Notes under the pieces: generated by a model
The model's database searches: none
Told to the model about the DNA's origin: nothing
Seen by the model: the letters and a program-made list of their open reading frames with translations, nothing else
In this document: positions 32,042-41,438 of the stretch, in pieces
Position numbering within the stretch: the stretch's first letter is position 1
Layout of the letters: each line of letters starts with the position of its first letter
Translations under genes and position numbers: made by a program
Assembly (NCBI GenBank): GCA_009837085.1
Contig: VXUF01000111.1
Coordinates: forward strand, 13,497 to 77,496
DNA: 64,000 nt
Direction of reading: 5' to 3'
DNA from: Holophagales bacterium
GTDB taxonomy: Bacteria > Acidobacteriota > Thermoanaerobaculia > Multivoradales > Multivoraceae

Positions 32042-32553
32042 TGCGCAACCTACCCATTACGAGCGCCCTGGCCCTGGTCCTCGCCGCCCCTGTCGGGGCA
32101 GCCGAACAGAAGGACCACGGTCTGAGGGGCGCGAAGCACCCGGAACCGGGCGTCCTCTTCGGCGGGCAGCCGACCGAGAACCAGCTCAAGTCGATGGCGG
32201 CCGACGGCCTGTCCTTCGTCCTGGACCTGCGCGCCGAAGGCGAGAACCGGGGCTTCGACGAGCCGGCCGCGCTCCAGAGCCTCGACGTGCCCTACCTGAA
32301 CCTGCCGGTGGACGCGGAACGCCTCGAACAACCCGAGACCTTCGAGCGCTTCATCGAAGCGATGGACAAGGTGGACGGCCCGGTGCTCGTCCACTGCGCC
32401 TCGGGCAACCGGGTCGGCGCCCTCTACTACGCTTATCTGGTCGCCGGAAAGGGCGTGGACCGGGAAGAGGCCCGCACCCGCGCCAAGGACAACGGGCTGC
32501 GAAGCGCCGCGCTGGAGAAGGCGGTCGACCGCTACCTCGATTCGCGGCCCTGA
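32041..32553 (+). CDS. Secreted DUF442 / CX5R phosphatase-fold protein
   Basis: Signal peptide (LALVLAAPVGAAEQ), then VLFGGQPTENQL and a HCASGNRVG P-loop (CX5R). The ATG shares 1 nt with the sufT stop (TGATG). Confidence 0.65.
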   Translation: MRNLPITSALALVLAAPVGAAEQKDHGLRGAKHPEPGVLFGGQPTENQLKSMAADGLSFVLDLRAEGENRGFDEPAALQSLDVPYLNLPVDAERLEQPETFERFIEAMDKVDGPVLVHCASGNRVGALYYAYLVAGKGVDREEARTRAKDNGLRSAALEKAVDRYLDSRP

Positions 32554-32569
32554 GGAATCGGAGCCGTCG

Positions 32570-33388
32570 TTGCCGGGATGGACCCGCAGGTTACGACGCG
32601 CACGGGAAGACGCGTTGACTGACCGGCCGCCGGGCCTCGGCGCCACGCTGCGCAGGAACCTCCCGTTCTTCGCCATTGAGCTGGTGGTCGTCTTCGTTGG
32701 CGTCTACCTGGCTTTCCTCCTGGGCAATCGCCAGGCGGCCGAGCGCGAACAGGACGTGGCGCTGAAGTACCGCGAGGTCCTGATCTGCGACTTCGAGCTA
32801 CTCGTCTCGTTCCTGCACGAGCAACTGGAGGAACTGCGGCCGCACATCCAGGTCGTCCGGCAGATCGATGAAGGCCTTCAGCCGGACATTCCGTTGAGCG
32901 AGTTCTACTACCTGTACGACGACCGGGTCCTCCAGGCCGCTTTCGACAGCCAGAACTTCGAGTCGCTTGACAGCCGTCTGGTGCAGGCCGTTGTGAGGGG
33001 CAGAATCCTGCTCCGGTCGCTGGAACAGTACGTCGACCGCCTGAACGCATTCACGACGACGACTCTGGCGCCGATGGAGCGGGACGGCGACCGCCGCTAC
33101 TACGATGACGAGGGCAATCTGCTTCCTCACCTGGAGGCGTACCCGCGGCTCGTTCGGCGGGCCGCACGCGTGAACGCGGGGCTGCAGAACATCCTGCGCG
33201 GGGAAGCCCTGTTCAGCCTGCACATCGAAACGATGGGTTTCGATCTGGAAGAACTCGTAAGGTTCGATGCCGACGACCCTGGCACCCCCGAACCACTGAA
33301 GGACGCCGTGACTCGCGCGATGGAACTGGCCCGGTTCGACCTGGAGAATCCGTGCTCTCGCGGCTTTGCCAGCTTGCAGGAGCCCTGA
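32570..33388 (+). CDS. Hypothetical single-pass membrane protein
   Basis: One N-terminal TM segment ([19 protein letters not shown]) followed by about 220 aa with ordinary, non-shadow composition. No family recognised. The TTG start is uncertain. Confidence 0.4.
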   Translation: MPGWTRRLRRAREDALTDRPPGLGATLRRNLPFFAIELVVVFVGVYLAFLLGNRQAAEREQDVALKYREVLICDFELLVSFLHEQLEELRPHIQVVRQIDEGLQPDIPLSEFYYLYDDRVLQAAFDSQNFESLDSRLVQAVVRGRILLRSLEQYVDRLNAFTTTTLAPMERDGDRRYYDDEGNLLPHLEAYPRLVRRAARVNAGLQNILRGEALFSLHIETMGFDLEELVRFDADDPGTPEPLKDAVTRAMELARFDLENPCSRGFASLQEP

Positions 33389-33476
33389 GCAGCGACATGT
33401 ATGCTTGGCGTCGCTTGACCGGCCCTTCGCCACGCCCTCTTCCGCCGCGCCCACGACCCACAGGAACCACGCGTCG

Positions 33477-35519
33477 ATGAGTCAGGTCGAGGCCGCCGGA
33501 ACGCCCGAGACCGGCGGGCCTCCCCAGCGTCAGCCGCTGGATGTGGCGACGGACACGCTGCGCTTCCTCGCCGTCGACATGGTCGAGCGGGCGAACAGCG
33601 GCCATCCCGGCGCGCCGATGGGCCAGGCGGCGATGGCGGCGCTGCTGTGGACGAAGTACCTGCGCTTCGCGCCGAAGGACCCGCTTTGGCCGAACCGGGA
33701 TCGCTTCGTGCTCTCCTGCGGCCACGCCTCGGCGCTGATCTACGGCCTCCTGCATCTGGCCGGCTACGACCTGAGTCTCGACGAGATCCGGAACTTCCGG
33801 CAGTACGGTTCGCTCACTCCGGGCCACCCGGAACATGGTCTGACGCCGGGCGTCGAAGTGACGACCGGTCCACTCGGCCAGGGCATCTCGGCCGCGGTCG
33901 GCATGGCGATCGCCGAGCAGTTGCTGGCGGTGCGCTTCAACCGTCCCGGCCACGTCCTGTTCAACCACCGCACCTGGGTGCTGGCCTCCGACGGCGACCT
34001 GATGGAAGGCGTCGCCTCCGAGGCCTGCTCGATGGCCGGCCACCTTGGTCTCGGGAAGCTGAACGTGCTGTACGACGCGAACCGGATCACGATCGACGGT
34101 CCGACCGACCTGAGCTTCAGCGAGGACGTGCTCGGGCGCTACCGGGCGTACGGCTGGCACACGCTGTCGGTCGAGGACGGCAACGACATCGAGGCCCTCG
34201 ATGCCGCGTTCGAGGCGGCGCTCGCGGAAACCGGCCGCCCGAGCCTGATCCAGGTGCGCACACACATCGGCTACGGCAGTCCGAACAAGCAGGACAGCGC
34301 CGCCTCGCACGGAGCGCCACTCGGCGGTGACGAGGTGGTGGCGACCAAGGAGGCCCTGGGCTGGCCGCTGGAGCCCGAGTTCCTGGTGCCCGACGCGGCG
34401 CGCGCGGCGTTCGCGCCGGCCGCGGACTTCGGTTCCCACGCCGCGGCCGAATGGCAGGGGCTGCTCGAGTCCTACCGTTCCGAGTACCCCGAGGCGGCGG
34501 CGGAGCTGGACCGGCGTTTGGCCGTGGGTTTGCCGGACGGCTGGCGCGATGCCCTGCCGCGCTTTCATCCGGGCGACGGCCCGATCGCCACGCGCTCGGC
34601 CTCGGGAGTCACACTGAACGCGCTGAAGGACCTGATCCCCGAGCTGGCCGGGGGCTCGGCTGACCTGACCGGCTCGAACAACACCCTGCTCGAAGGCGAG
34701 GGCGACTACGCAGCCGGTTCGCCGACGCGACACTTCCGCTTCGGCGTGCGCGAGCACGCGATGGCCGCGGCGATGAACGGTCTGGCCCTGTCCGGCCTGT
34801 TCCGTCCCTACGGCGGCACCTTCCTCTGCTTCCTCGACTACCTGAAGCCGAGCCTGCGGCTGGCGGCGCTGATGGAACTCCGGGCGATCTACGTCTTCAC
34901 CCACGACTCCGTGTTCCTCGGCGAGGACGGGCCGACCCACCAGCCGATCGAGCACCTCGCGCATCTGCGGGCGGTCCCGGGCCTGGTCGTCGTCCGCCCG
35001 GCCGATGCCAACGAGACCGCCGCCGCCTGGGCGCTGGCCCTGGAGACGCCGGGCCCCTGCGCCCTGGTCCTCACGCGCCAGAAGCTCCCCGTGCTCGAAG
35101 CGACCGCCGACGGCGCGTTGGAGGGAGTAAGCCGCGGCGCCTATGTCGTCAGCGACTGCGCCGGCGAACCCGACCTGATCCTGATCGCCACTGGCTCCGA
35201 GGTCGCACCCACGTTGGAGGCCGCGTCCGAGCTCGAAGCGGAAGGCCACGCCGTCCGCGTCGTCAGCATGCCCTCGTGGGAGGCCTTCGCCGCCCAGTCA
35301 CAGGAGTACCGGGACGAGGTGCTGCCACCGGGCGTCCGCCGCCGGCTGGCCGTCGAAGCCGCGGCGACCCTGGGCTGGGAGCGCTGGACCGGCACCGAGG
35401 GCGACGTCCTCGGCCTCGACCGCTTCGGCGCCTCGGCGCCCTACGGTGATCTCGTGGAGAACCTCGGCATCAACGCCGCCGCGATCGCGGACCGCGCGCG
35501 GCAACTCCTCGCCGGCTGA
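33477..35519 (+). CDS. tkt: Transketolase
   Basis: [52 protein letters not shown] at 33477; the ORF-track extension to 33366 is non-homologous. Confidence 0.95.
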   Translation: MSQVEAAGTPETGGPPQRQPLDVATDTLRFLAVDMVERANSGHPGAPMGQAAMAALLWTKYLRFAPKDPLWPNRDRFVLSCGHASALIYGLLHLAGYDLSLDEIRNFRQYGSLTPGHPEHGLTPGVEVTTGPLGQGISAAVGMAIAEQLLAVRFNRPGHVLFNHRTWVLASDGDLMEGVASEACSMAGHLGLGKLNVLYDANRITIDGPTDLSFSEDVLGRYRAYGWHTLSVEDGNDIEALDAAFEAALAETGRPSLIQVRTHIGYGSPNKQDSAASHGAPLGGDEVVATKEALGWPLEPEFLVPDAARAAFAPAADFGSHAAAEWQGLLESYRSEYPEAAAELDRRLAVGLPDGWRDALPRFHPGDGPIATRSASGVTLNALKDLIPELAGGSADLTGSNNTLLEGEGDYAAGSPTRHFRFGVREHAMAAAMNGLALSGLFRPYGGTFLCFLDYLKPSLRLAALMELRAIYVFTHDSVFLGEDGPTHQPIEHLAHLRAVPGLVVVRPADANETAAAWALALETPGPCALVLTRQKLPVLEATADGALEGVSRGAYVVSDCAGEPDLILIATGSEVAPTLEAASELEAEGHAVRVVSMPSWEAFAAQSQEYRDEVLPPGVRRRLAVEAAATLGWERWTGTEGDVLGLDRFGASAPYGDLVENLGINAAAIADRARQLLAG

Positions 35520-35570
35520 TCGTCGCCCACTGTCGGCCGGCTCTCTGGGCGGCGCTACGATGAGCGCAGG

Positions 35571-36638
35571 ATGATCCGCTCGCTCACCTCCGTTCTCGCC
35601 CTGGTCCTGCTTCCGGCGCCGGCACCGACTCAGACCGACACCCCGTCACCACTCGTCGCCGCCCTGGACGCCGACGCCGACGGCGCTCTGACGTCATCCG
35701 AGCTCCCCGCCCAGGCCCGTCGCGTTCTCCTCTGGGCACTCGACGCCGACGACGACGGCATCCTCTCCGCCGAGGAACTCGACGCGGTCGGGAAGGGCGG
35801 CGCCGGCCGCGGACGCAAGACCCGGCGCGGCCCCGACAACTGGGACTTCGCCGAGGAGACCACAAACGGAATCCGCATGGTCCGTAACCTCGAGTACGCC
35901 ACGGGCGCCGAGTACGCCGGCGGCCGCGGCAAGCTCGATCTCTACCTCCCGGCCGGCGACGGCCCGCATCCCGTCCTCGTCTTCTTCCACGGCGGCGGGC
36001 TCTACAACGGAGACAAGCACAGCCTCGTCGACCTGGGACCCCGGTTCGCGTCGCTCGGCTATCTCGTCGCGGCGCCCAACTACCGGCTGTCGCCCGAGTA
36101 CGCCTACCCCGCCTACATCGAGGACGCGGCCGCGGCGTTCCGCTGGGTCTGGGACCACGTCGGCGACTACGGTGGCGACCGGGCCCGCATCGCCGTGTCG
36201 GGCGGCTCCGCCGGCGGCCACATCGCGGCGCTGCTCTCGGTCGACGAGCGCTACCTTCGCGCGCACGATCTGGGCCTCGGCAACATCCGCGCGTCGCTGC
36301 CGATCACCGGCCTGATGAACGCCGAGCGCGCCGGTCGCGAGCGTCACCTCCTTACCTGGCGTGCCGACCCGGAACTCGTCCGGCAAGCCTCGCCGATCCG
36401 CTACGTCGCGCCCGGCCTTCCGCCGATGCTGATCACCGTCGCCGACGGCGACACCGAGACTCGCCGTACGCAGAACGTGGAGATGTTCGAGGCGATGGAG
36501 GCCGCGGGCGCCGAAGTCGAGTTCGAGTGGTTGGTCGACCGCACCCACAACTCGATCCGGCCGAACATGGCGAAGGAAGGCGATGCGACCGTCGAGCTGC
36601 TGCTCGACTTCCTGCGCCGCCACGGCATCGCGCCGTAG
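35571..36638 (+). CDS. Secreted alpha/beta-hydrolase (esterase/lipase fold-3) with two N-terminal EF-hand-like Ca-binding loops
   Basis: Signal peptide; DADADGALTSSE and DADDDGILSAEE (DxDxDG...E loops); FFHGGGL oxyanion motif; SGGSAGGH (GxSxG). Confidence 0.75.
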   Translation: MIRSLTSVLALVLLPAPAPTQTDTPSPLVAALDADADGALTSSELPAQARRVLLWALDADDDGILSAEELDAVGKGGAGRGRKTRRGPDNWDFAEETTNGIRMVRNLEYATGAEYAGGRGKLDLYLPAGDGPHPVLVFFHGGGLYNGDKHSLVDLGPRFASLGYLVAAPNYRLSPEYAYPAYIEDAAAAFRWVWDHVGDYGGDRARIAVSGGSAGGHIAALLSVDERYLRAHDLGLGNIRASLPITGLMNAERAGRERHLLTWRADPELVRQASPIRYVAPGLPPMLITVADGDTETRRTQNVEMFEAMEAAGAEVEFEWLVDRTHNSIRPNMAKEGDATVELLLDFLRRHGIAP

Positions 36639-36646
36639 TCGGCACG

Positions 36647-37804
36647 CTAGGCCGGCAGCAGCGTCGCGAACTCGGCGAACGGCAACACCTCCACGCGGTC
36701 GATCCGTTGCGGTCGATCCCCCAGGTAGACGACGATCCGGCGCTTCAGACGGTTGGTCCTCCGTGCGAGAGAGCGGAAGCCGCCCAGGACAGAGCGGTCA
36801 GCCCGGCGGCTCGCCTTGACTTCGATCCCCCAGACTTCGCGGCCCACCTCCAGCACGAAGTCGACCTCGGCGCCGTGGCGGGTCCGGTAATGGTAGAGCG
36901 CCGCCTCCGGCCATAGCGTCCCCAGTCGCCGGTGGAGCTCGTAGGCCACGAGGTGTTCGAGCAGCAGGCCGCGCTCGTCGTCGAGCGGACGATCCAGCGG
37001 CCGGCGGAGCAGGGCGTTCCGTACACCGAGGTCGAACAGGAAGAGCTTGCCGTGGCGAACCAGCGACGATCGGTCTGAGCCACTCCATGCCGGGACGCGG
37101 AAGGCGACCAGGGTGTCGTCGAGGACATCGACGTAGCGACGGGCGGTCTCGTACGGGATGCCTGCGTCCTTGCACAGGGAGTTCAGGTTGAGGATGCGGC
37201 CCGAGGCGGCCGCGGCCAGGTCGAGCAGGCGAGTAAAGCCACCGACGTCACGGACCAGGGCCTCGGCCTGGATCTCGGCGCGCAGGTAGGTGTCGACGTA
37301 GCTCCTCAGGTCGAGTGCGCGTGTCGCTTCGTCGGCCTCTGCGTAGATCCCGGGCAGGCTGCCGTGGGCGAGGACCCGCTCCAGATGGAAGTCGGAGCCG
37401 AGCTCGGAGGCGAGCAGCGGATGCAGGTAGTGGACGTGAATACGCCCCGGCAACAGGTTCGCCTGTCCGCGGCGTAGCTTGCGGGCGCTCGATCCGGACA
37501 GGAGGAACCGGAAGCGTGGCGGCCTCTGGTCGAGCAGCACCTGGACGACATCCAGCAATGCCGGGACTCGTTGCACCTCGTCCAGGAACACCGTCATCGT
37601 CTCTTGAGGCGCGGAGGCGAGTTCCCGAGAAAGGCGCTCGGGTTGAGCTACGTAGTCGCGGAATGCTCCGGGGTCGGCCAGGTTGACGACCAGATCCGGC
37701 TCGAGCATCGCCAGCAAGGTCGACTTGCCGACCTGACGGGGGCCGAGAACGAGTGCGCTACGCCTCGACGAGCGAAGGACCGGAGCCAGCAGTCGGTCGA
37801 ACAT
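36647..37804 (-). CDS. AAA-type ATPase with DUF4143-like C-terminal domain (COG1373-like)
   Basis: Walker A GPRQVGKSTLL, Walker B-like VFLDEVQ, and a restriction-endonuclease-like C-terminal region (GAEVDFVLE...WGIEVK). Confidence 0.8.
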   Translation of the reverse strand: MFDRLLAPVLRSSRRSALVLGPRQVGKSTLLAMLEPDLVVNLADPGAFRDYVAQPERLSRELASAPQETMTVFLDEVQRVPALLDVVQVLLDQRPPRFRFLLSGSSARKLRRGQANLLPGRIHVHYLHPLLASELGSDFHLERVLAHGSLPGIYAEADEATRALDLRSYVDTYLRAEIQAEALVRDVGGFTRLLDLAAAASGRILNLNSLCKDAGIPYETARRYVDVLDDTLVAFRVPAWSGSDRSSLVRHGKLFLFDLGVRNALLRRPLDRPLDDERGLLLEHLVAYELHRRLGTLWPEAALYHYRTRHGAEVDFVLEVGREVWGIEVKASRRADRSVLGGFRSLARRTNRLKRRIVVYLGDRPQRIDRVEVLPFAEFATLLPA

Positions 37805-37862
37805 CCGGGTAAACTAACCGTATTTTTACCCAGGCGCAACAACTTTCTGCCGGGAATGGCCC

Positions 37863-39899
37863 TCACTCCGGCAGGCTGAACGCGATGTAGTCGCCCCCGG
37901 AGGGCCCGCCCGTCCGGCCGCCGCCGGCGGCGATGACGACGTACTGCTTGCCGTTGACGCTGTAGACGGCCGGCGTCGAGTAGCCGGCTGCCGATAGCTT
38001 CGCTTCCCAGAGGATCTCACCGCTCCGCGTGTCGTACGCCCGGAACATCTCGTCCGGCGTCGCTCCGATGAAGATGAGGCCCGAGGCGGTGACCACCGGG
38101 CCGCCGTAGTTCACAGCGCCGAAGCCGAGGCCGGGGTGCGTGGGGTAGTCGCCGAAGGGCACCTTCCAGGCGATCTCTCCGGTCACCAGGTCGATCGAGT
38201 TGAGCGTCCCCCAGGGCGGCGAATTGCCGGGCAGGTTCTCGTGGTCGCGGAGATAGACGTAGCCGCCGAGTGCGTAGGCGACCTCGCCCCTGGGTTCGTC
38301 CTCTTCGGGTTCCGGCGACAGGATGTACGTCTCGATGGCGCCGAGTTCGATCCGGTTGAGGTGTGCGAAACCCTCCATCCGGCCGCTGCCCTCGCGGATG
38401 ATTCGGCGCATTTCGCCTCGGGACAGGCGATCGCCGACGCCGAGCAGGGGGCCGCCCATGTCGGTACCCTCGAGCTTCAAGCCGTGGCAACGGCCGCAGT
38501 GAAGCGCGTAGGTGCCGTAGCGGCTGAAGCCGACCGGCACTTCCGTGAGCTCCAGGATGCCGGCGACGTCGTTCGCGTTGACGATCAGATGGTTGCTGCC
38601 CGGATCGAAGGCCGAGCCGCCCCACTCGCCTCCGCCGTCGTACCACGGCATGAAGAGGACGGTGCCGACCTTCGGCGGCGCCCAGGGCCGGAGATCCCAG
38701 TCCTTGATCCGCTCCTCGACGAACGTGCGCGCTTCCGGGGTGCGGTTCGTGATCTCGAAGTCCTGGCGGCTGATGACCACGGCCGACATCGGCTGGGTCG
38801 GCGCCGTCACCTCGCCCGGCAGGGTGCTTGGAATCGGGGTCTCGATCTCGTGGATGGGGTACATCGACTCGCCGGTCTCGCGGTCGAACACGTAGAGCTG
38901 CCCCGTCTTCGTCGTGATCGCGACCGCGTCGATCGTGCGGCCGTCGCGCTCGAGCTGAACCAGGGTCGGCGGCGAGGGGTTGTCCTTGTCCCACAGGTCA
39001 TGGCGGACGACCTGGAAGTGCCACCTGAGTTCGCCCGTGCGCGCGTCCACCGCGACCAGGGCGTCAGAGAACAGGTTGTCGCCGAGGCGGCTCGCGCCGT
39101 AGAAGTCGGGAGTCGCCGACCCGGTCGGCGCGAACAGGATGCCGCGCTCCTCGTCCAGCGCCATCCCGGTCCAGACGTTGGCGCCGCCGGCCCGTTCGAG
39201 CGAACCTTCGGCCCAGGTCTCGGAGCCGGTGTCGCCCGGCTTTGGAATCGTGTCGAACTGCCAGACGAGGTTGCCGTCCACGGCGCTGAAGGCCCGAATC
39301 GACCCGGGGAAGGCGTTCGCGTCCTCGTTGGTCGAAAAACCGAGGATCAGCTTGTCTTCGAAAACGACGCCGGGCACGGTGACGAAGATCACACCGGCCC
39401 GGTCGACGTCCGGCGTCAGGTCGACCAGGCCGCCGTCGCCGAAGCTCTCGACCAGACTGCCGTCGGCAGCGTCGAGTGCGATCAGGTCCTTGCCGTGGGT
39501 GTAGAAGAGACGCTGGTCATCGCCGTTCTCCCACCACATGAGGCCGCGCTGGGCGTTGCCGGGAAGCTCGAGTTCGCTGCGCCAGATCTCGTCGCCGGTC
39601 GCCGCGTCGAGCGCGAAGGCGTCGAGGTGGGGCGAGAGCGCGTAGAGCACTCCGTCGATGACCAGGGGGCTCGTGTACATGGTGGCGCCGGGGCCCCGCG
39701 GTTCGCCGGCGTCGTAGACCCACGCGACCTCGAGTTGGCTCACGTTGTCCCGGTCGATCTCGGTCAGCGGGCTGTAGTGCCGGCGTCCCGAGTCGCCGAG
39801 ATAGACGGGCCAGTCCTCGTCGGCGGGGCCGCAGGCGGTGAGCAGCAGCGCGCCGGTCAGGGGCGCGGCGAGGGCCAAGGCGGGTCTCACTGGTCGCAT
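37863..39899 (-). CDS. PQQ-dependent dehydrogenase-like beta-propeller lipoprotein with an internal c-type cytochrome domain
   Basis: Lipobox LLLTAC; W-rich propeller blades (DWPVYLGD..., LYVFDRETGE, WGTLNSIDLVTGEIAWK, GGPVVTASGLIFIG). Heme motif CGRCH at 38484-38498 with downstream GRMEGF. The real start is ATG 39899, not 41000. Confidence 0.8.
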   Translation of the reverse strand: MRPVRPALALAAPLTGALLLTACGPADEDWPVYLGDSGRRHYSPLTEIDRDNVSQLEVAWVYDAGEPRGPGATMYTSPLVIDGVLYALSPHLDAFALDAATGDEIWRSELELPGNAQRGLMWWENGDDQRLFYTHGKDLIALDAADGSLVESFGDGGLVDLTPDVDRAGVIFVTVPGVVFEDKLILGFSTNEDANAFPGSIRAFSAVDGNLVWQFDTIPKPGDTGSETWAEGSLERAGGANVWTGMALDEERGILFAPTGSATPDFYGASRLGDNLFSDALVAVDARTGELRWHFQVVRHDLWDKDNPSPPTLVQLERDGRTIDAVAITTKTGQLYVFDRETGESMYPIHEIETPIPSTLPGEVTAPTQPMSAVVISRQDFEITNRTPEARTFVEERIKDWDLRPWAPPKVGTVLFMPWYDGGGEWGGSAFDPGSNHLIVNANDVAGILELTEVPVGFSRYGTYALHCGRCHGLKLEGTDMGGPLLGVGDRLSRGEMRRIIREGSGRMEGFAHLNRIELGAIETYILSPEPEEDEPRGEVAYALGGYVYLRDHENLPGNSPPWGTLNSIDLVTGEIAWKVPFGDYPTHPGLGFGAVNYGGPVVTASGLIFIGATPDEMFRAYDTRSGEILWEAKLSAAGYSTPAVYSVNGKQYVVIAAGGGRTGGPSGGDYIAFSLPE

Positions 39900-39998
39900 G
39901 ACGCGGAATCGTACTTGGAAGGGTCTTGCACCCGGGTTCCGGCGCGCCGCGGGTATCCTGACAGGACCAGAACCCAAGCGCACAAGGGGACCGATGGC

Positions 39999-41399
39999 AT
40001 GAAGAGACTGAACCTTGTCTTCTCGACCTTCCTGCTGGCGTCGGTGGCCGCCGCCGAAGACCCGCCGAACATCGTTCTCCTCTTTGCCGACGATCTCGGC
40101 TACGGCGCCATCTCGGCCTACGGCGGCGCCAGCATCCCGACCCCGCACATCGACTCGATCGGCGAGCAGGGAGTCCGCTTCGTCTCGGGCTACATGACCG
40201 CGCCGGTGTGCAACCCGTCCCGCAACGGACTGATCACGGGCCGCTACCAACAGCGCTGGGGCAAGGAGTTGAACTCCCAGACCGTGCCGCCGATCGGCGC
40301 CGCCCGGGGCACGCTCGGCATTCACCACCGCACGATCGCCGACGCCCTGAAGACCGCCGGATACACCAACGCGGCGATCGGCAAGTGGCAGCTCGGCATG
40401 CGGCGGCTCCTGCATCCCCTCGACCGCGGCTTCGACTACTTCTACGGCATGCCGTCCGGCATGAACTACGTCGACCCGAGCTGGCCGGGCGCGCACGCGC
40501 TGGAGATGAAGCCGGTGACCCGCGGGAACCCGGACCGCGTCGTCGCCATGTTCAAGGGCCGCGAGGAGGACGAGCTGAAGGAGTACCAGACCACGCAGCT
40601 CGCCCGCGAGGGGATCGAGTTCATCGATCGCAACAGGGACGAGCCTTTCTTCCTCTATCTCGCTTTCTACGCGGTCCACGCCCCGATGCAGGTGATGGAC
40701 GAGCACTACGAGCGGTTCCCTGACTTCGACGACCCGTACCGTCGCGTCTACGCCGGGATGGTCAGCGCGCTGGACGACGCGGTCGGCATGGTCCTCGCCA
40801 AGCTCGAGGAGCACGGCCTCGCCGACAACACGCTCGTCATCTTCACGTCCGACAATGGGGCGATGTCCACGCAGGACACGGAGCGCATCCACAACAGCCC
40901 CCTGATCGGCCACAAGCGGAACCTCTATGAGGGCGGCATCCGGGTTCCCTTTCTGATGCGCTTCCCCGGCCGCATCCCCGAAGGTACGGTCTACCAGCAC
41001 CCGGTCAGCTCGCTCGATCTCTTCGCCACCTCGGCCAGCCTGGCGGGCGTCCCAAACGTGGAGAGCTATCGGCTCGACGGGGTCGACCTCATCCCCTACC
41101 TGTCAGGCGAGACGGAGGGCGCGCCGCACGAGTACCTGTTCTGGCGTTCCGGGCCGAACGCGGCCGTCCGGCACGGCTCCTGGAAGCTGCTGATGGCGGG
41201 CGACCGGGTTCGGCTCTATGACGTCGACCGGAATCCCGGCGAGTCAGAGGACCTGTCCGCCGCCCACCCGGAGCTGGTAGAGAGGATGAAGGAGGCGTTC
41301 GCTCGCTGGAGCGACGAGTTGGAGGACGGCCGCGTCTCACCGCCGGCGCGGCGGGTGACGACGAGGTACAACGGCGACTCGATCGAGTGGCACATCTGA
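39999..41399 (+). CDS. Secreted arylsulfatase (formylglycine-dependent)
   Basis: Signal peptide, PNIVLLFADDLGYG, signature PVCNPSRNGLITG (CxPxR), GKWQLG, FTSDNG. Confidence 0.88.
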   Translation: MKRLNLVFSTFLLASVAAAEDPPNIVLLFADDLGYGAISAYGGASIPTPHIDSIGEQGVRFVSGYMTAPVCNPSRNGLITGRYQQRWGKELNSQTVPPIGAARGTLGIHHRTIADALKTAGYTNAAIGKWQLGMRRLLHPLDRGFDYFYGMPSGMNYVDPSWPGAHALEMKPVTRGNPDRVVAMFKGREEDELKEYQTTQLAREGIEFIDRNRDEPFFLYLAFYAVHAPMQVMDEHYERFPDFDDPYRRVYAGMVSALDDAVGMVLAKLEEHGLADNTLVIFTSDNGAMSTQDTERIHNSPLIGHKRNLYEGGIRVPFLMRFPGRIPEGTVYQHPVSSLDLFATSASLAGVPNVESYRLDGVDLIPYLSGETEGAPHEYLFWRSGPNAAVRHGSWKLLMAGDRVRLYDVDRNPGESEDLSAAHPELVERMKEAFARWSDELEDGRVSPPARRVTTRYNGDSIEWHI

Positions 41400-41438
41400 G
41401 ACGGCTGCGTTGAGACGTTCCACTTTGTGGGACGCCCT

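Noticed and set aside
33213-35249. 678-aa ORF antisense to tkt
   Set aside because: Shadow ORF; the translation is dominated by Arg/Gly/Ala/Val/Asp.
37863-41399. Two giant ORFs (1045 aa minus, 1087 aa plus) taken at face value
   Set aside because: Each is a real gene (PQQ dehydrogenase 37863-39899; sulfatase 39999-41399) extended by an N-terminal run that is merely the antisense of the neighbouring gene. Signal peptides and internal ATGs mark the true starts.
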